From Marsupella aquatica (Eukaryota; Plantae; Marchantiophyta): a stretch of 64,000 bases of DNA. The translations under genes and the position numbers were made by a program. A model generated the notes under the pieces. The model saw only the letters and a program-made list of their open reading frames with translations. It was not told where the DNA came from and did no database searches. The stretch covers positions 10,902,795-10,966,794 of the forward strand of contig OZ316896.1 in NCBI GenBank assembly GCA_973895155.1, given 5' to 3'. Shown piece after piece: positions 49,656 through 62,832 of this stretch (position 1 is the first letter of the stretch; each line of letters opens with the position of its first letter).

Positions 49656-49871
49656 TGAAACAATGAATGATAGTTTAATTAAGGATTTGTGCATGGATCA
49701 AGAGGTACTTTATGTCATTTAGTGATGCATTGTTATAAAGATCTTGCAACAAAACATTTGAAGTTTTTGACTATCCCACCAAATGTTAAAGAGGTTGATC
49801 ATTCATTAACTAATAATATTTAGATAAAATTGGAATTAATCTAATACTTCAGTATTCCTTAAATTGGGGTT

Positions 49872-49990
49872 CAAAGGCCACCTCACCAAAAGGTACCCTA
49901 AGACCCTGCAGGTACGAGTTGTTCAAATGGGTATATTCCAAAAGGGAAGGGGGGTAAAGAGTAGGGGAGTGGATGCAAGGACTAGACCTC
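49872..49990 (-). pseudogene. Continuation of the CRE-like remnant beyond the Sola-like insertion
   Basis: GLRVPFGEVAF joins VLIFLQA.. at 23067 in frame when one CAAA copy is kept. Confidence 0.65.
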
Positions 49991-52900
49991 TCTATCCATC
50001 AATGACAAGCCCTATCTTTTAACTTAAACATCCACTTAAGTTTTCCGCATGAAAACTTACATAATTAGTACTGGCTTTCTCAAACTAAAATGAAAACACT
50101 AAATGTCTACCACATATCAGTTGTTCATAATTAATGAAACATTTAAAACATATCCTATAAAAAGGGTGTGTGGTTGTATACCCAGGCCAGAGTTTTGTTG
50201 TAGCAGGTTGTGGAAGCCTGAGTTAACTTTGGAGAATACTGGATGATTAAGTTTTTACCTGAAACCCCGTACTAGCCTTGAAGTGAGAGATCCTAGTTAC
50301 ATCAAACCTCATGCAAGAACTTTAATGATCATGTAAAGTAAAGTTTTATTTTCTACATTCAACCACAATCTCCTACTATGAAGGTCGATAAACCTGGGTT
50401 AAAATGATGACACTTTCATGATTAAATTCAAAACCATGGCAAGTTAACAAAAGCTCTTTCATTCTGCCCCTGTCTCTATAAAGTACTTCCATATAAGCAA
50501 TCATTACAGGTAAGCACCCCAAATCCGTACAACTTAAAAACTCTCAATAGTAAACTTTTGTGTATGGTATAAGCAAATTTCAACTACAATTTCTTAATAT
50601 AAAAGGAAAATGTCACCAACTAGATCAGTTACTGTATATTCGAATCTTAAGAAAAACACTTGGGTCATAAGCAAATACATGATTACCTTGCTGTAATGGG
50701 GGCCTGTATAAGAACATCTCATCAGGTTTACTTCTATTGATTTAAGAAAACTCTCATCACAAGCAAATTCTTACAGTACTTACATTAGCTCTCATTAAGG
50801 TTGCTTATGCTGAGTTAGGAATTAAGCCTTCGTTGTGAGAAAACACTCAAGGTACTTTGATTAGAGAGGCAGGTCACTGTAGTCAGAAGATTTCTTCGTC
50901 TTGGACAGATTTGTTCCTCAAAATATGCAAGTCGAGAAGAGATCAATTGGATCGAAGGGTACATCCCTTTCTTGCTTCTCACTGAAGGAATCACAGTGCC
51001 TTCCTCAGCGAAATCATGCAAGCTTTTGGCTGCTCTAGAAATGTCCAAGATGATGGATGCTCCATATATGTTACATAACATGATTGTGCGTACAAGTAGA
51101 TAGAACTTGGAATTGACTAGTACAGAATACACTTGGAGGTCTAACGTGAATTTGAAGACCTGATGGTTGGAATTCCCAAAGTCACACTTCCATAAACCAT
51201 TATTTTCAGATCTACCATCAACGCTAAAAACACTTTGATGCTGGAATGTTAATTCACGTTGTTCGCAAATTACCCCTTACACGAGTGAAGAACGATTTCA
51301 CTTCAGGATAATGACCAGGAACGACTACGATACAGGATGTTGCGGACAATTTGTCCACGGAGCTCCAAATGACGTGGTTGTGGTTGATAGGAGGTTCTCA
51401 CCTTCTATTTCCTGGGTGCTCCGACGCCTTGATGCTTATAACGAGCTCTAGAGAAGGATTGCAAAATAGGGAGTTTTTCGCAATAGCACAACTCTCTGAT
51501 GAACACCTTCTCGTAAATTCTCCGGAGTTCCATAGATACTCAGACAAATATCTCAGACATATTTCAAGTGATGAAGAAATTAAAGCTCGAATGGAAGTCA
51601 TGGACAGGCAGATTACATCCTGATAGGGTGGAAAAGGTTCATCTCTCGAAGATGAGGCGAAAGTCATTGCTGGTTCTGTTGACAAATATACTCAGATTTC
51701 TGTAGAGGAACCTAAAAAACATTTCGGAGTGCACTCGCTTGCTATGATTCTGGAAAGAATAATGACACGGACGGCTTCAGCCTTATAGGACTTGCTTGAT
51801 CATAACAGGCAATTCAGAAGCTCACCATTAAAGGACGTGTAGAACAGAATGTCGAGTAAAGCAAAATCAGTAAGCCGCCAGAACGTACACCTGATTTAGT
51901 CATGTACGGTACATAACCAGACGAATGTGTGAACTACAGTTAAGAATGACCGGTCATGTGAGACGAAGGAGAAGCTTCAGAAAATTGACGTACTGGTTAA
52001 AGTGATAATTTTGATACTTGGACAAATTCCAAAAGTGGATAGTTTACATGGAAAATTGTTTTCACTATCGATCGATCCACTCAATGAGACAAATGAATGG
52101 ACAGACAGACTCATTGCAACACGGATTTTGTTGGCAGGCGGTTCACAACAGTACTTCATCTCGAGGCTTGTTCAAGCAAAGGAAGGCTTCCAATGTATCC
52201 AATTGTGAGCACTTCGGTTGAGAGGACCTGAGGGCCTGATATGAATAAAACTCTAGATTAAAATAGTTTTCTCCAAATAATTTCTTCCAGGACAATGGAC
52301 CTCAGATCAGTAAAAGAATTAGTTCATCAAAGTGACGGACAACCTACATAGCTTAGAGAGTGTGTCCAACTAATGAAACGGCAAAAGATTAACTGATTCA
52401 GTCGAAGCAAAAAGATTAAACTTCTGGTCAGCGGGCAGGAAGTCTCCGTGATGAATCTGACACTATGGATTACTTTACGAGAATATGTTGTCGCTCAAGA
52501 AAGAGCAAACTATTTCCAACAATCGTACAACACGAACTGGGTACTGGATCAAACCATCGAGTAATTTCAGACTAAAGAGTCAGACCTAAAACTACCTTGA
52601 ATTGATGTCATCGCCCTAGAAGACAACGTTGACCTTCGACAACATGCAATCTTCGATAAGCAGTACCAACCAGCAACATAAGGCAATTTTGTTGACGAAT
52701 ATGGACAGAAGTAGATCCCTTCGGTGTACTAGTACCATATTATGTACCCCGGGTTCTTCCTTTTGCACGCCTGTTACATGTAAACACTGCAAAACATAGA
52801 GGAGCATCAAAATACCTCTTATAAATATTCGCGACTTGTCTAATTGTAGTCGTTCCTATCTACACCTACTTCCAGCCAACAGGCAACGGAAGCATGATCC

Positions 52901-55900
52901 TGGAAATCGTGAGTTCTAATTTCTTTCTAGAAGACATCCAATGCCGTGAACTCATGCAAATCCCTACTCTGACGTGACAGCGTTGATCCTCGTTTGGCAA
53001 ACAGAATGCAGATAATTGCTTTCTTGAGATCGACCTTTTTGCGTGGCTGCAAGCAGCTACTGGAAATCCCTAGTAAATGTCGAATTTATTAATATCCCTG
53101 GTAAAGCACATCTGGCAATAGATGTTCATTCAATGCAACTAGAGAAAATTGCTGATCCATAGTCAGTGACCCGCAGTCCGGTCCAAGTCACAACAGTGTC
53201 CCAAGACCTTTCCCTTCACCATTGAGCCAATCCGTGAGTTCAAACTTGTAGAGAGAACAGATGTTTGCATTTGCATCACCAGAGGAAATACACACGTCGG
53301 ATTTGGAAGGAATCTTCGTCAGTTCTATAAATCTTCTTACCTTGAGCAAGAATCGTGTTGGCTAGTTACAATGGCGCTCGGGGCCTAAGAGTAAAGTCTC
53401 GTCCCTAGGCCATCAAACGAATCATCTGATGAGAGTACATAGGTAGAATGCGTCTTGGCGCGAAACATGAGCAATAGGAGACACGTAGCAAATGAGCGAT
53501 CAAATGAAGCTCCCGACGCAGGAGGCCTCAACTGGTGCGCCTACGTCATGTCCGACTTGGTTTGGGTAGATCACCCGAGGTGGAAGTTGCCTTCAGTTCT
53601 TCTCACTCGACCGGTCGCACCGTGCAACATGACAAAGCACTGATTAGACCCCAATGTTCTGCATCTTCGACCGCTGCTTCGGCTCTGACATCCAAACTAC
53701 ACGGGTCCTCGGCGATCAGATCTAACAATCAAGACAAGCAACAATGCCCCCCGTTTCTCTGGTCCGGAAGCTTCGACCATAACTTCTTTTCCACACGTAG
53801 CCAAAGACCGTAAATGCATCGAGAAAAATCGTCAGGAATCCCTCGTCCACAGCTTTCGGTTCCCTCCAATCCATGATTGATGACAGAAGCAGCTGCAAAT
53901 AGCGAACTCTCCCCGCCATCGGAGGCTGCTCTGGCTGTTTCGTTCTCCGCGTCGATACGGGAAGCATCACGCTGAAGTGTATAGTTTGCCAAAACAATTG
54001 TGTCATCGAAACAAGATAGTCCTACAGCTACTGCAGCTCACTACGCTTCATGCACTTTACTAACTACAGGGACAGTGATGGCGGAGCTTCGAATGCAATT
54101 ACTCGTTCTGGTGTTCGATGTGAGAAGCAACGAAAGAAGCATACAGCCACAGACAGGACAACACTACGTCATGCGACGACACTGTTTCCCCTTCGTCGAA
54201 ATCCACACACACGCGGCTCTTCTGCGCCACAGGATTTAACGTTCATACCGTAAGATCAGTACAGTCTTCTCTCCCGAAATGCACACTGCATAAGGGCAAA
54301 ACCTGGCTAACTGCAAAACTTTCCGTTCTTCCCCTCTTTTCTACACTGAGTTTGCACTTTTTTGCACCTATTGTAAGCACAAACAGGCCTGAAAAGTTTC
54401 CCTAAACAGCAACTTTATGAGTGGAAACCTCGATAAGTTAAGTGAGTAAGCACACACTTCCATCAAATTCTACTTATTGATATTTGCATGGCACATTTTG
54501 GTAGAGTAAATATTGTACTTCAAAGGTAGGGGCCAAATAAGGGCAGGGATGTACAATGTAGGGTGGTAGTCACGAGATAAACCGTAGGAGGATAACTGCA
54601 CATTCAACAAAGAGATGTAAACCATGTACTCCTATGATAAGTGCACTATCCAAAGGGTTTACACTATCAGGCAGTGCAAACCCCTGTCTGGTGCACAGGG
54701 CATACTTCTTCACTGAAGTGTGCACTTAGACAGAGACAGCTGTGAAATCACTGACACGTGGAGAATGAAGCCTGCCGCGGGGGGAACCAGCAGGCCGTTG
54801 CAAGAACATCAGAGCCCAGTAAGGGCCAAAGTGACCAACATAGCACAGAACGAAAAGAAAGCAAGAGAAGGAGGCACAGCAAAGAAAGACACCCGTCCAT
54901 CTCAAATCAACACGAATGGATTGAAGGCTATGGTCGCCACACCACCTTCACGGACTCTCAGACCAGAAATATCAGCATGGGTCCATTGTATGGCCTTTCT
55001 CCTCATACTCAATGTCATGGAATGTCTACTTTAGTCAAGAGGTTGGTATTTCCAGTGGGTCAAGAAGCGACAGCGTGACCTATCATACTTGCAAGCACAA
55101 GGCAAAATCATGTGATTGTCCTGGTTATATAGGAACTAAAAGGTTTTCAGCCCAGATGCGACTGCCTGCCGTAATTTGTTGCCCCCTAGCGACATAAATG
55201 ATCAAAAGCACCAATTTGGAGGGAGAGTTCGAACAGCCAAGGCCCCAGTCCAACAGCCAGGATCTTTCAGATGCTAGCGCTTCTTTGGTCCGCGGGGGAT
55301 ATGGTAATCTCGTGCGCCTATTCTCGAGGAGCGTGGCTGCTGCGACTGCAGTCAGGTGATCCTAGGCTTCAAACAAAACCAGTTGTTGATTAAAGAGTTG
55401 CCTTTGATCCGTCTGCCCATTCCTAGCCAACTCTGTATACTCCAAAGTATTTGAAAAATCAATGACAATCTGAGTATCTGGACTTTCGTTGGACATTTAG
55501 GTCTAGAGATTGCATCTGATGTCACATAACAGCATAACAAGTTAGAGCGACCACAAACAGAATAGCTCCCAAGGTGTCGACTGTCTGAAGGACGTCTGCT
55601 TACAACACCAGCTCATTTCAACCCAAAGTACAGACTGATGAAACCATAGATCACTTATACACTAGTATGAAACCATAGCTAGTAGGAGTTGCACAACCAA
55701 GATAGCGTTCAGCATGCAGGCTACGCAGGCAATGGTATGACTTGTGTACGTGTAAATAAGTAGATGCCTGCTTATATGCCTGTGGATACATGCCTCTAGA
55801 AATAAAGGTTATATATATGCGCAGCTCGTGTTTTGCGATTGGGTAAGCTGATTGTTCCTGCTTGTGTTTAATTCATTTCTTTGTTTACAGAAGAAACAAC

Positions 55901-57889
55901 GGATTTTGTCAAGAAGGTTTCCTGCAAAGATCAGGCTCTGCTGCTCTGGAGGTCATTATATTCGATGGAGTAGAATAAGAAAAAATTCGTCGCACTAGTA
56001 GAGAAAGCATTGAGTAGTACCGTAGTCAAGAGCGGGGCCGCGGTCGAGACATCAATATATAACAGCATGCATGGAGAGTGACAACAACAAGGTGTTCGAC
56101 GAACGCGGGAAGGCGAAGAGCAGCAGGAAGGCGGGGCGGGCGGAGGTGAAGAGAACATTTTCATCACGGAGCGAGTTAGGCCGTTGAGGAAGGAATTGAC
56201 AAAGGGATCTCGTTGAGGACTGGGAGTGCCGGGGTGAGTGCCCGAATGATCACACCGTCGAGTACAAAAGAATAATGTACCTGACCTAAATGGTGCACAT
56301 CGATACACCGTGCATCCTCGTGTGGGGATCCTTACCCTCAACACTAATCCTCTAGGGTGTCCTCTAGGATATCCTTGGACATCCCTTTTGTCGGTGGGGA
56401 TCCTAACGCTCAACGTCCGTACTCTACACGTATTCTGCAGAACGACGAGTCAGAGGAATTTATCCTGAAACTGTCAGCCCTGAAGATCTACGACGAGATC
56501 GTAGAAGACCGTCTGATCCTGAAAGTCGTCCGCTTCGACTAATGGATGATCACGAAGTAGCTGATACTTTGCCGGCCGTCTTTGTACTTTGGTCAGAAAG
56601 GTTGCGAAGTCTACGCGTCCGACAGGAAGCTTTTTGGACTGTTTTCTGCGATTTGGGTGTTCTTTGACAAAACTACTAACTCGCAAAGGAGAACTGTCAA
56701 TGAAATCCATTCATTGTGGCAGGACCAAATGTCGAGGAGGCAAATGACAGCTCTTTGACAAATGTCGAGGATCAACGCAAATGAAACTCTTTTGACATCC
56801 GAGGCTTTGGCTTTGTTGCAAGCGAAGGAGCTGATCAACCCGCCGATCAATTCTCTATCACTTAGTATTCTGCTCGAGGCATTTGCCAAGGTAACAGCTA
56901 TAAACTGGAGTATCGCAAATTATCCTCTGCACGCTTACTTCACCATCGCTAAGGATGAGTCTAATGGCTGGGAGCGCTACAACGTCATGCAGAAATTCTT
57001 CTTCCCTTGCGGACTTCCACCAGAGAGAGGAGAATCCATTTCGGGGTTTCTGGTTTTGGTGGAGAGACGTTTTTAGGGTCGACGAAGAGCGTGCTGATTT
57101 TGTTGCAGATGGCACTGAGGTGCTTTAAAGTTCACTGCCGGTCACTGTTTCCACTTTCCAGCATATGCCTCATATCCCTTGTCGACACTTCGGTAGCGAC
57201 AATGGCGACGAAGCAAGTTTCTGGGAACTAGTTCGAGCAGTAAAGTCTGCTCAACTAAAGTGCTATTTTGGACGTGGTGTGAGAATCTCATTGTACAAGC
57301 CGGCAAAACACATATATATTGACAGTCACAAAGTTATAATAATATTATATTTATAACACATGTACATATATATCAAGTGATAAATAAGAAAAAAAAACCA
57401 AACATAATTAAATAAATTTATTCATGATTACATAAATATCAAATTGATATGAAATCTATATTTTATAAATATTAATAGAATTTGATATTATAATAAAAAC
57501 ATATATTCTATATGAGAATTTGTAATAATTTATATATTTTTTACAGGAAAATTTATAATAATGTATTTTAATTTATTTTATTAATATCTAAGTAAAAAGA
57601 CTTGCATGGAAGATTCTTCTCAAAGTATAACAAGAACATGTTCACAAATCCAGGTTGGACCTCACAAATCCAGGTTGGACCTCGGGAAGACCAACAGTTA
57701 TAAATCTGTAGACTAGAATGGAAATATCTGCCAATACCTAGTCAGAAAAGAACAAAAAAGCTGACAAAAGAATTTGAAAAGGATGATACCATATCTCATC
57801 ATTGGGGTAGAACTCTTCTCTAGGGAAATCTTCTATTCAGCAAAAGAAGTAAACGTATTTAGGTTTAAATTGAAAACAATAAATAATAT

Positions 57890-58370
57890 AATAAACAGAT
57901 TAGGTACAAAAGTAAAATATTTATCTTATTTATAGCCAAGTGTAATAAATCTTGGACAAAAGTATTGCAATGTACCTTACTCTAACACCCTGGAAAATTA
58001 AATTTGAATTGATATAAATAATAATAATTATTTATTTATATTATGATTTATTTTTATCAGAAAATATTTTATATAAATATTTTATATAAATATTTTATAT
58101 AAATAATAATTAAATTTGAAAAATAATTTTATTATTTAAAGTATTTTTATATATATAATATTTAATAATATTATATTTATAGTTATTTTTTAAATATTTC
58201 TAATAAAAATAAATCATAATTTTAATATAATATTATTTTTATATTAAAAAAACAAATATAATTTTTTCAGTGATGTCAGAGTAAGATTTATCACTTCACT
58301 TTTGATGTCCTAAATATATGCTGATTTAGCTAAAAACAAAATAATTATTTTACATTAAACCAAATCTGAC
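57890..58370. repeat. AT-rich diverged foldback (long inverted repeat)
   Basis: cttactctaacaccctggaaaatta (~57976) vs taattttttcagtgatgtcagagtaag (~58259); attatgatttatttttatcagaaa (~58040) vs tttctaataaaaataaatcataat (~58197). Confidence 0.7.
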
Positions 58371-60672
58371 AATCATTTGATGATATCTTTATATTAGAGA
58401 TCGAATCAAAATCTAAAAATTATTTTATAACATTTTTATGAAACTCACAATTGAAAAATATATATTTCTAAAGTAAAATTTGTGATTCAAAATTAAAAAA
58501 TAATAATGAATGATTATCCTAAATGCTATTTACTTGCTATTTGGATGCTAACTACTTTGCTTACAAGATAACATTGAGAGATATATAATGTTGAAAACAC
58601 AAACATCAATTTTGAAATAGACAACATGGAAATATCAATCTTATTGTAAGATAAGCTATCATCAATGGAATCACTTTTGAAAGCTCAAAAGCTCAGAGTT
58701 TGAAATTGCCAGATTGATTGATTCCTCCCTCTTCAAAGTGGCAGGAATCGTCTCGGCCCGTCTCGGCCTCCCTGCCAGATCTTACGTACATCGGCTCTTA
58801 CTCGTTCTTTGTCTAGCTGCCATCGTCTTGCCCGATGTAACCACTCGCTTCTGTATTCGACTGATTGACGTCGTCTAACCCCGAGCAGATGCGTTGGCTT
58901 CGGTATTTCGACTGATTGAGCATGGAATTCAGAGTTTCTGTCCACGCTCCGTTGCGTATTATGCAATGTTCAACTCTAGCTGGTGTGTATAAATTCGTCC
59001 TTGTCTAATCTACGTCTTATCAGATCAGATAGCTCAAAATGTGTCAAGGATCACGTCCGGTCACCAGAGAATTCCATGCACCGGAATGGGGAGTGATTCG
59101 GAGTACTGCCACCAGAACGAGAATTTATAGATTTTTGAGCATGCTCTGCGACCCCAATTCGGGGGTCTGCTCTAAACTTTGTTACTTTTTCACTTCCATA
59201 TCTGGAGTGTCAAGCCATCAATCGATCCTTGCAAGCAGGACCGCAGGCCAAATCTGCCCGCGAAAGAGGGGGAGGTACACTATGTATTATTTGATAGCTC
59301 TGGGCCCCGCTTCGGACTGCATTGACTCGCTAAACCTGTTCTAGGATTAGCTTATTACGAACGAAAGCGGCTCTGGGAATAACGGCGATTGTCAGTTTCA
59401 TGCAGAATGAACCATGTGCACATAAAATCCCAATACAGTACTCTAAAGCATGGAAATTACACTTTACGCCCACCATACGCTACAGTACTTTATCGTGAGC
59501 GTTCAGACCTGTTCTCGTTCGGCAGTGCCGAAATCACTACAGTAGCTGCGTTCAGGCGAGACGGCAGATTGGTCGCTGGCTCGTGAACGAATGACGAGCA
59601 GCGAGCAAACAGAGCGAAGCAAGCCTCCCTCTGACCCAAGGAAAGTCGTTGCGCAGCACTTGGTATGGACGGCTCAGCTAGAGCATCAGAAAGGTGTTGT
59701 AGTCATTTTTGCTTACACTTGAGATGTTGTGTTATAATTGTCGACGACCTACTACACAAATTTAGGTTGGGGACCAGGTTGAGAAGGTATAGTTACTTTG
59801 TAAGTTTTCACAAAGTTTTACATCTCCTGAAAAGCGCGAGACTTCTAGATTTGACTCTTGAGCCTGTTGCACTTTTTGTATGCCCTCTCTTTTTCCCTTC
59901 GTTCTTTAGAATAAGATTTTTACTCTTGTCTGTTAGTGTACCCCATTCCATGCATTTGTTTATTCACTCGAGGGCTCTTTAATACTATAGAACCCTACCA
60001 GTCACGGATCATCAGGCTAAACAGGTGTGGTCCACGTAGTCCTGCGTCCATTCTCATGCGGATCTGTAGCTCTCCCGGTAGCTCTCTTGCGTCCAGATTG
60101 GTGTTTTTGGTTCATTGAGCAGTAGATGATTTGCACTAGTGACCCACGAACTTCCAGGAACAGCAGTCTTAATGTCAGCTGTTGAAACCTTAAGCGAAAA
60201 ACGATACAAACCATATTTTTCACACCAGGAATGTAAGAACTTGCTCGATTGTCAGTCATATGACCAAACGGCGGTACAAAGTGGCCAGAGATGAGAGCCG
60301 GGACGCAGGAAAAACGCAATGCTTCCGCAGACACACCAGGAGAAACATTCACCCCATTAACTGAAGGACAAGTGAATTACACGACAAACGTGCTTGCGCG
60401 AGAAACCCCGATCGATGATTGCAAATTGTTAAAAAGTTCCTTGCTACATCAAGATCAGTGCAGGAGGCGGGGCGATATAGCTTTCTACCCTCTCAGCAAC
60501 TTCGTCTCGGCATTTACTGCCAGCCTCAACCACACACACTAGATCGAAGTAATCTTAATCATTTCTGATTTGTACAAAGCTCGAAATGTTAACGACTTGG
60601 CTATCGAGAGACAACCAAAACGTCCGTCCCGCAGATTGAACCGTTTTGGGAAGCCATCGGTCTTGGGTCTTA

Positions 60673-62832
60673 TCATGAACATGTCCATGCTGTACAGCCA
60701 CGGAGCACACGATCTCTCCACCCGCTCAGGAGCCAATTTCCATCCACCGCAATTGCGTAATTTCTATTGAAATTCTGCAGAAAATCATGGACCCTCGCGG
60801 TAATGGCAGGATCTAGAGGAAGCTGCTTGAAGCCTGCGTTGATAGACCTAGATTGCCATTGTCGGTACGTCTCTGCCCTCTCTATTCTTTCGGTACCCTC
60901 GCAACTAATGATGTTGAGAATGTCTCGGCCTAGAATCTCCTTCTCTACCAGCAGCCTCAGTTCAGTATCCGGAGGCACCGTCGTGTGAACAGCGTCGAAC
61001 ATAGATGAGAAGTAGTTTATCGCTTCTCGGACGCGAGCAATAAAGAACGGGGAATTGTAGCCAGCGTTGATGACCCCCACGACGAAGACCTTAGGATTCA
61101 GACTGTGAATCCTGGATAGAACCATCTTGCGTGGGCTGGAAGCCATCACAGTCTCGTCCAAGAGGTTCTTAAGCCTAAACATACAATTGACAACAAGAGT
61201 TTCATCATCCCTAAGCTGCAGTTGAGCAGCGGTAATATTTTCCCATTTCCCAGCTATGGCATGGAACTCCAGCTCTACACCTACTTCCTTGGCCCTCGCC
61301 TGAAGCCGCCTGCCTGTTTCCTCCACCCTATCGTTCTTTCGGAACCCCGACTGAGCGAAATCTATCCCTGTGATTCTAACATGAGGAGGCCCTCCTTCCC
61401 TTGAGCCTAATTTCTTAAGCAAGCAAGGCCATTGAATCCCATACAGAATGCCATAGTCGATAATATGGATTCGATCCGAACCCTGAACGGCTTTCAAAAT
61501 GGTGGCGTTACCGAAGAAATAAGAGATCTGTGGCAAAGGATTATATTGCAGAAACACACGATGAGCCTTGAGCATCTCCGCGGCGCTCGGGCGATTACTG
61601 TTGAGAGCCGTATACAGCTGGGCACCTGTGCCAGACAACCTTGCTAGGAGCGCTTCAACGATGTAGTAGGCCATACGTTGCCCTCCGTCACCGAACGGTG
61701 AGGTCTTCAGCCAAAGATGGTTGATTAACTGATTAGCCTCCCCAACATTATCGGTAGCCACCGCCTGCGCGCATTGCAGGAGCAATGGATACAGCTCTGC
61801 TAAAGACTCTACTCCACTCCTCCCGTTCATGTAATCTCGTTTCGCATTTTCGGACCGATCATTTTCCACGTAGAGGCAATCGTAAATGTCATTAGGTTTC
61901 TCGATGACAGAAGCTGCAGTAGGAATAGGTATTGGAGCAGGTGCACGAGTAGCTTCTGGCGAAGTAGAACCAGTGGATCGAGGGTTGATCGATCCGGTCG
62001 TTATGTTGGTGATTCCGGTAGCGATGGACGAGACGTCATCAGCTACATCGGCAGAACCGCCGTGAGACTCACTAGTCTGTCCCTCGTGCAAGAAATCATC
62101 CTCATGAATGAAATCATGTGGATTCGAGTTGAGAATTTCATCGATCCAGCTGTTTGCCGCTATATCTGCGTCGTCGTTTTCAGTAGTAGGATCACTGCAG
62201 CCTGGGTCATCACACAAAATTTCGTCGGCGTAACTTCTATATCCCATTAGATCGGCGAGCCCCTTCGTTACCGCCTGGTAGGCACTACACTGCACGTACG
62301 TGCGCTTCTGATCGGCCATTTCCTCGACGTCCATCAGCGTATCCGAGAGGTACTGCAGCATCATTTCGTCCTCCATGGGATCCGACTCTCCTCCTCCGAG
62401 CTCATCCTGCCCTCCGCTGTTGACTGCGGATCCCGCCTCTGAGCTCGAGTAAGCCTCGGAAAATGCAGAAAGTGTGTATTGCGGAGAAGTATAAGAGGGG
62501 ATCGAGTTCGAAGAGTATTGCGAGAATGAAGAGCTTCGTGACAAAGCCGGGGAGTACTGCTGCGGCTGCTGGAAGGTGTCCGATGGCGAGCGTCGCTCGA
62601 ATTGGCAGTGGTAGTAGTCGGGGGAAGGGAGAGGGGAAAGAACATCTTTCCTCGTAACATTGCGCTTCGTGAGCTTCGTCTGCAGCCATGCTTTTTGGAG
62701 TTGTGTAGCCAGCGGCGACTCCAGGCAACTGCCATCCCCCTCGTTGAGACTCGATTCCAGCATGGACCCTTTCCCACTACCCCACGAATTGCGACGATTT
62801 CCGTTCCGCGCTACTTCCATTTCATCGACCAT
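60673..62832 (-). CDS. GRAS transcription factor, LISCL/SCL14-like clade, 719 aa, intronless
   Basis: LQYLSDTLM N-terminal motif, LLLQCAQAVA, PFGDGGQRMAYY, IHIIDYGILYGIQWP, RITGID, YNSPFFIARVREA, ERIERAETYRQWQ, terminal CTAW. Confidence 0.96.
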   Translation of the reverse strand: MVDEMEVARNGNRRNSWGSGKGSMLESSLNEGDGSCLESPLATQLQKAWLQTKLTKRNVTRKDVLSPLPSPDYYHCQFERRSPSDTFQQPQQYSPALSRSSSFSQYSSNSIPSYTSPQYTLSAFSEAYSSSEAGSAVNSGGQDELGGGESDPMEDEMMLQYLSDTLMDVEEMADQKRTYVQCSAYQAVTKGLADLMGYRSYADEILCDDPGCSDPTTENDDADIAANSWIDEILNSNPHDFIHEDDFLHEGQTSESHGGSADVADDVSSIATGITNITTGSINPRSTGSTSPEATRAPAPIPIPTAASVIEKPNDIYDCLYVENDRSENAKRDYMNGRSGVESLAELYPLLLQCAQAVATDNVGEANQLINHLWLKTSPFGDGGQRMAYYIVEALLARLSGTGAQLYTALNSNRPSAAEMLKAHRVFLQYNPLPQISYFFGNATILKAVQGSDRIHIIDYGILYGIQWPCLLKKLGSREGGPPHVRITGIDFAQSGFRKNDRVEETGRRLQARAKEVGVELEFHAIAGKWENITAAQLQLRDDETLVVNCMFRLKNLLDETVMASSPRKMVLSRIHSLNPKVFVVGVINAGYNSPFFIARVREAINYFSSMFDAVHTTVPPDTELRLLVEKEILGRDILNIISCEGTERIERAETYRQWQSRSINAGFKQLPLDPAITARVHDFLQNFNRNYAIAVDGNWLLSGWRDRVLRGCTAWTCS

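Larger units (their letters stand above)
23072..49871 (+). mobile_element. Giant Sola-like DNA transposon (26.8 kb; ~15.2 kb without nested inserts) with cargo genes
   Basis: TIRs aaccccaatttaaggaaaaccgaa (23072-23095) and ttcagtattccttaaattggggtt (49848-49871), 22/24 match with weaker similarity to ~60 bp. TSD CAAA at 23068-23071 and 49872-49875. The flanks rejoin in frame as VPFGEVAFVLIF of the CRE remnant. DDE transposase at 45586-48983. Confidence 0.88.

Noticed and set aside
54278-54727. Possible MITE with tgcacact..agtgtgca ends
   Set aside because: Inverted similarity is short and imperfect, and no TSD was found.
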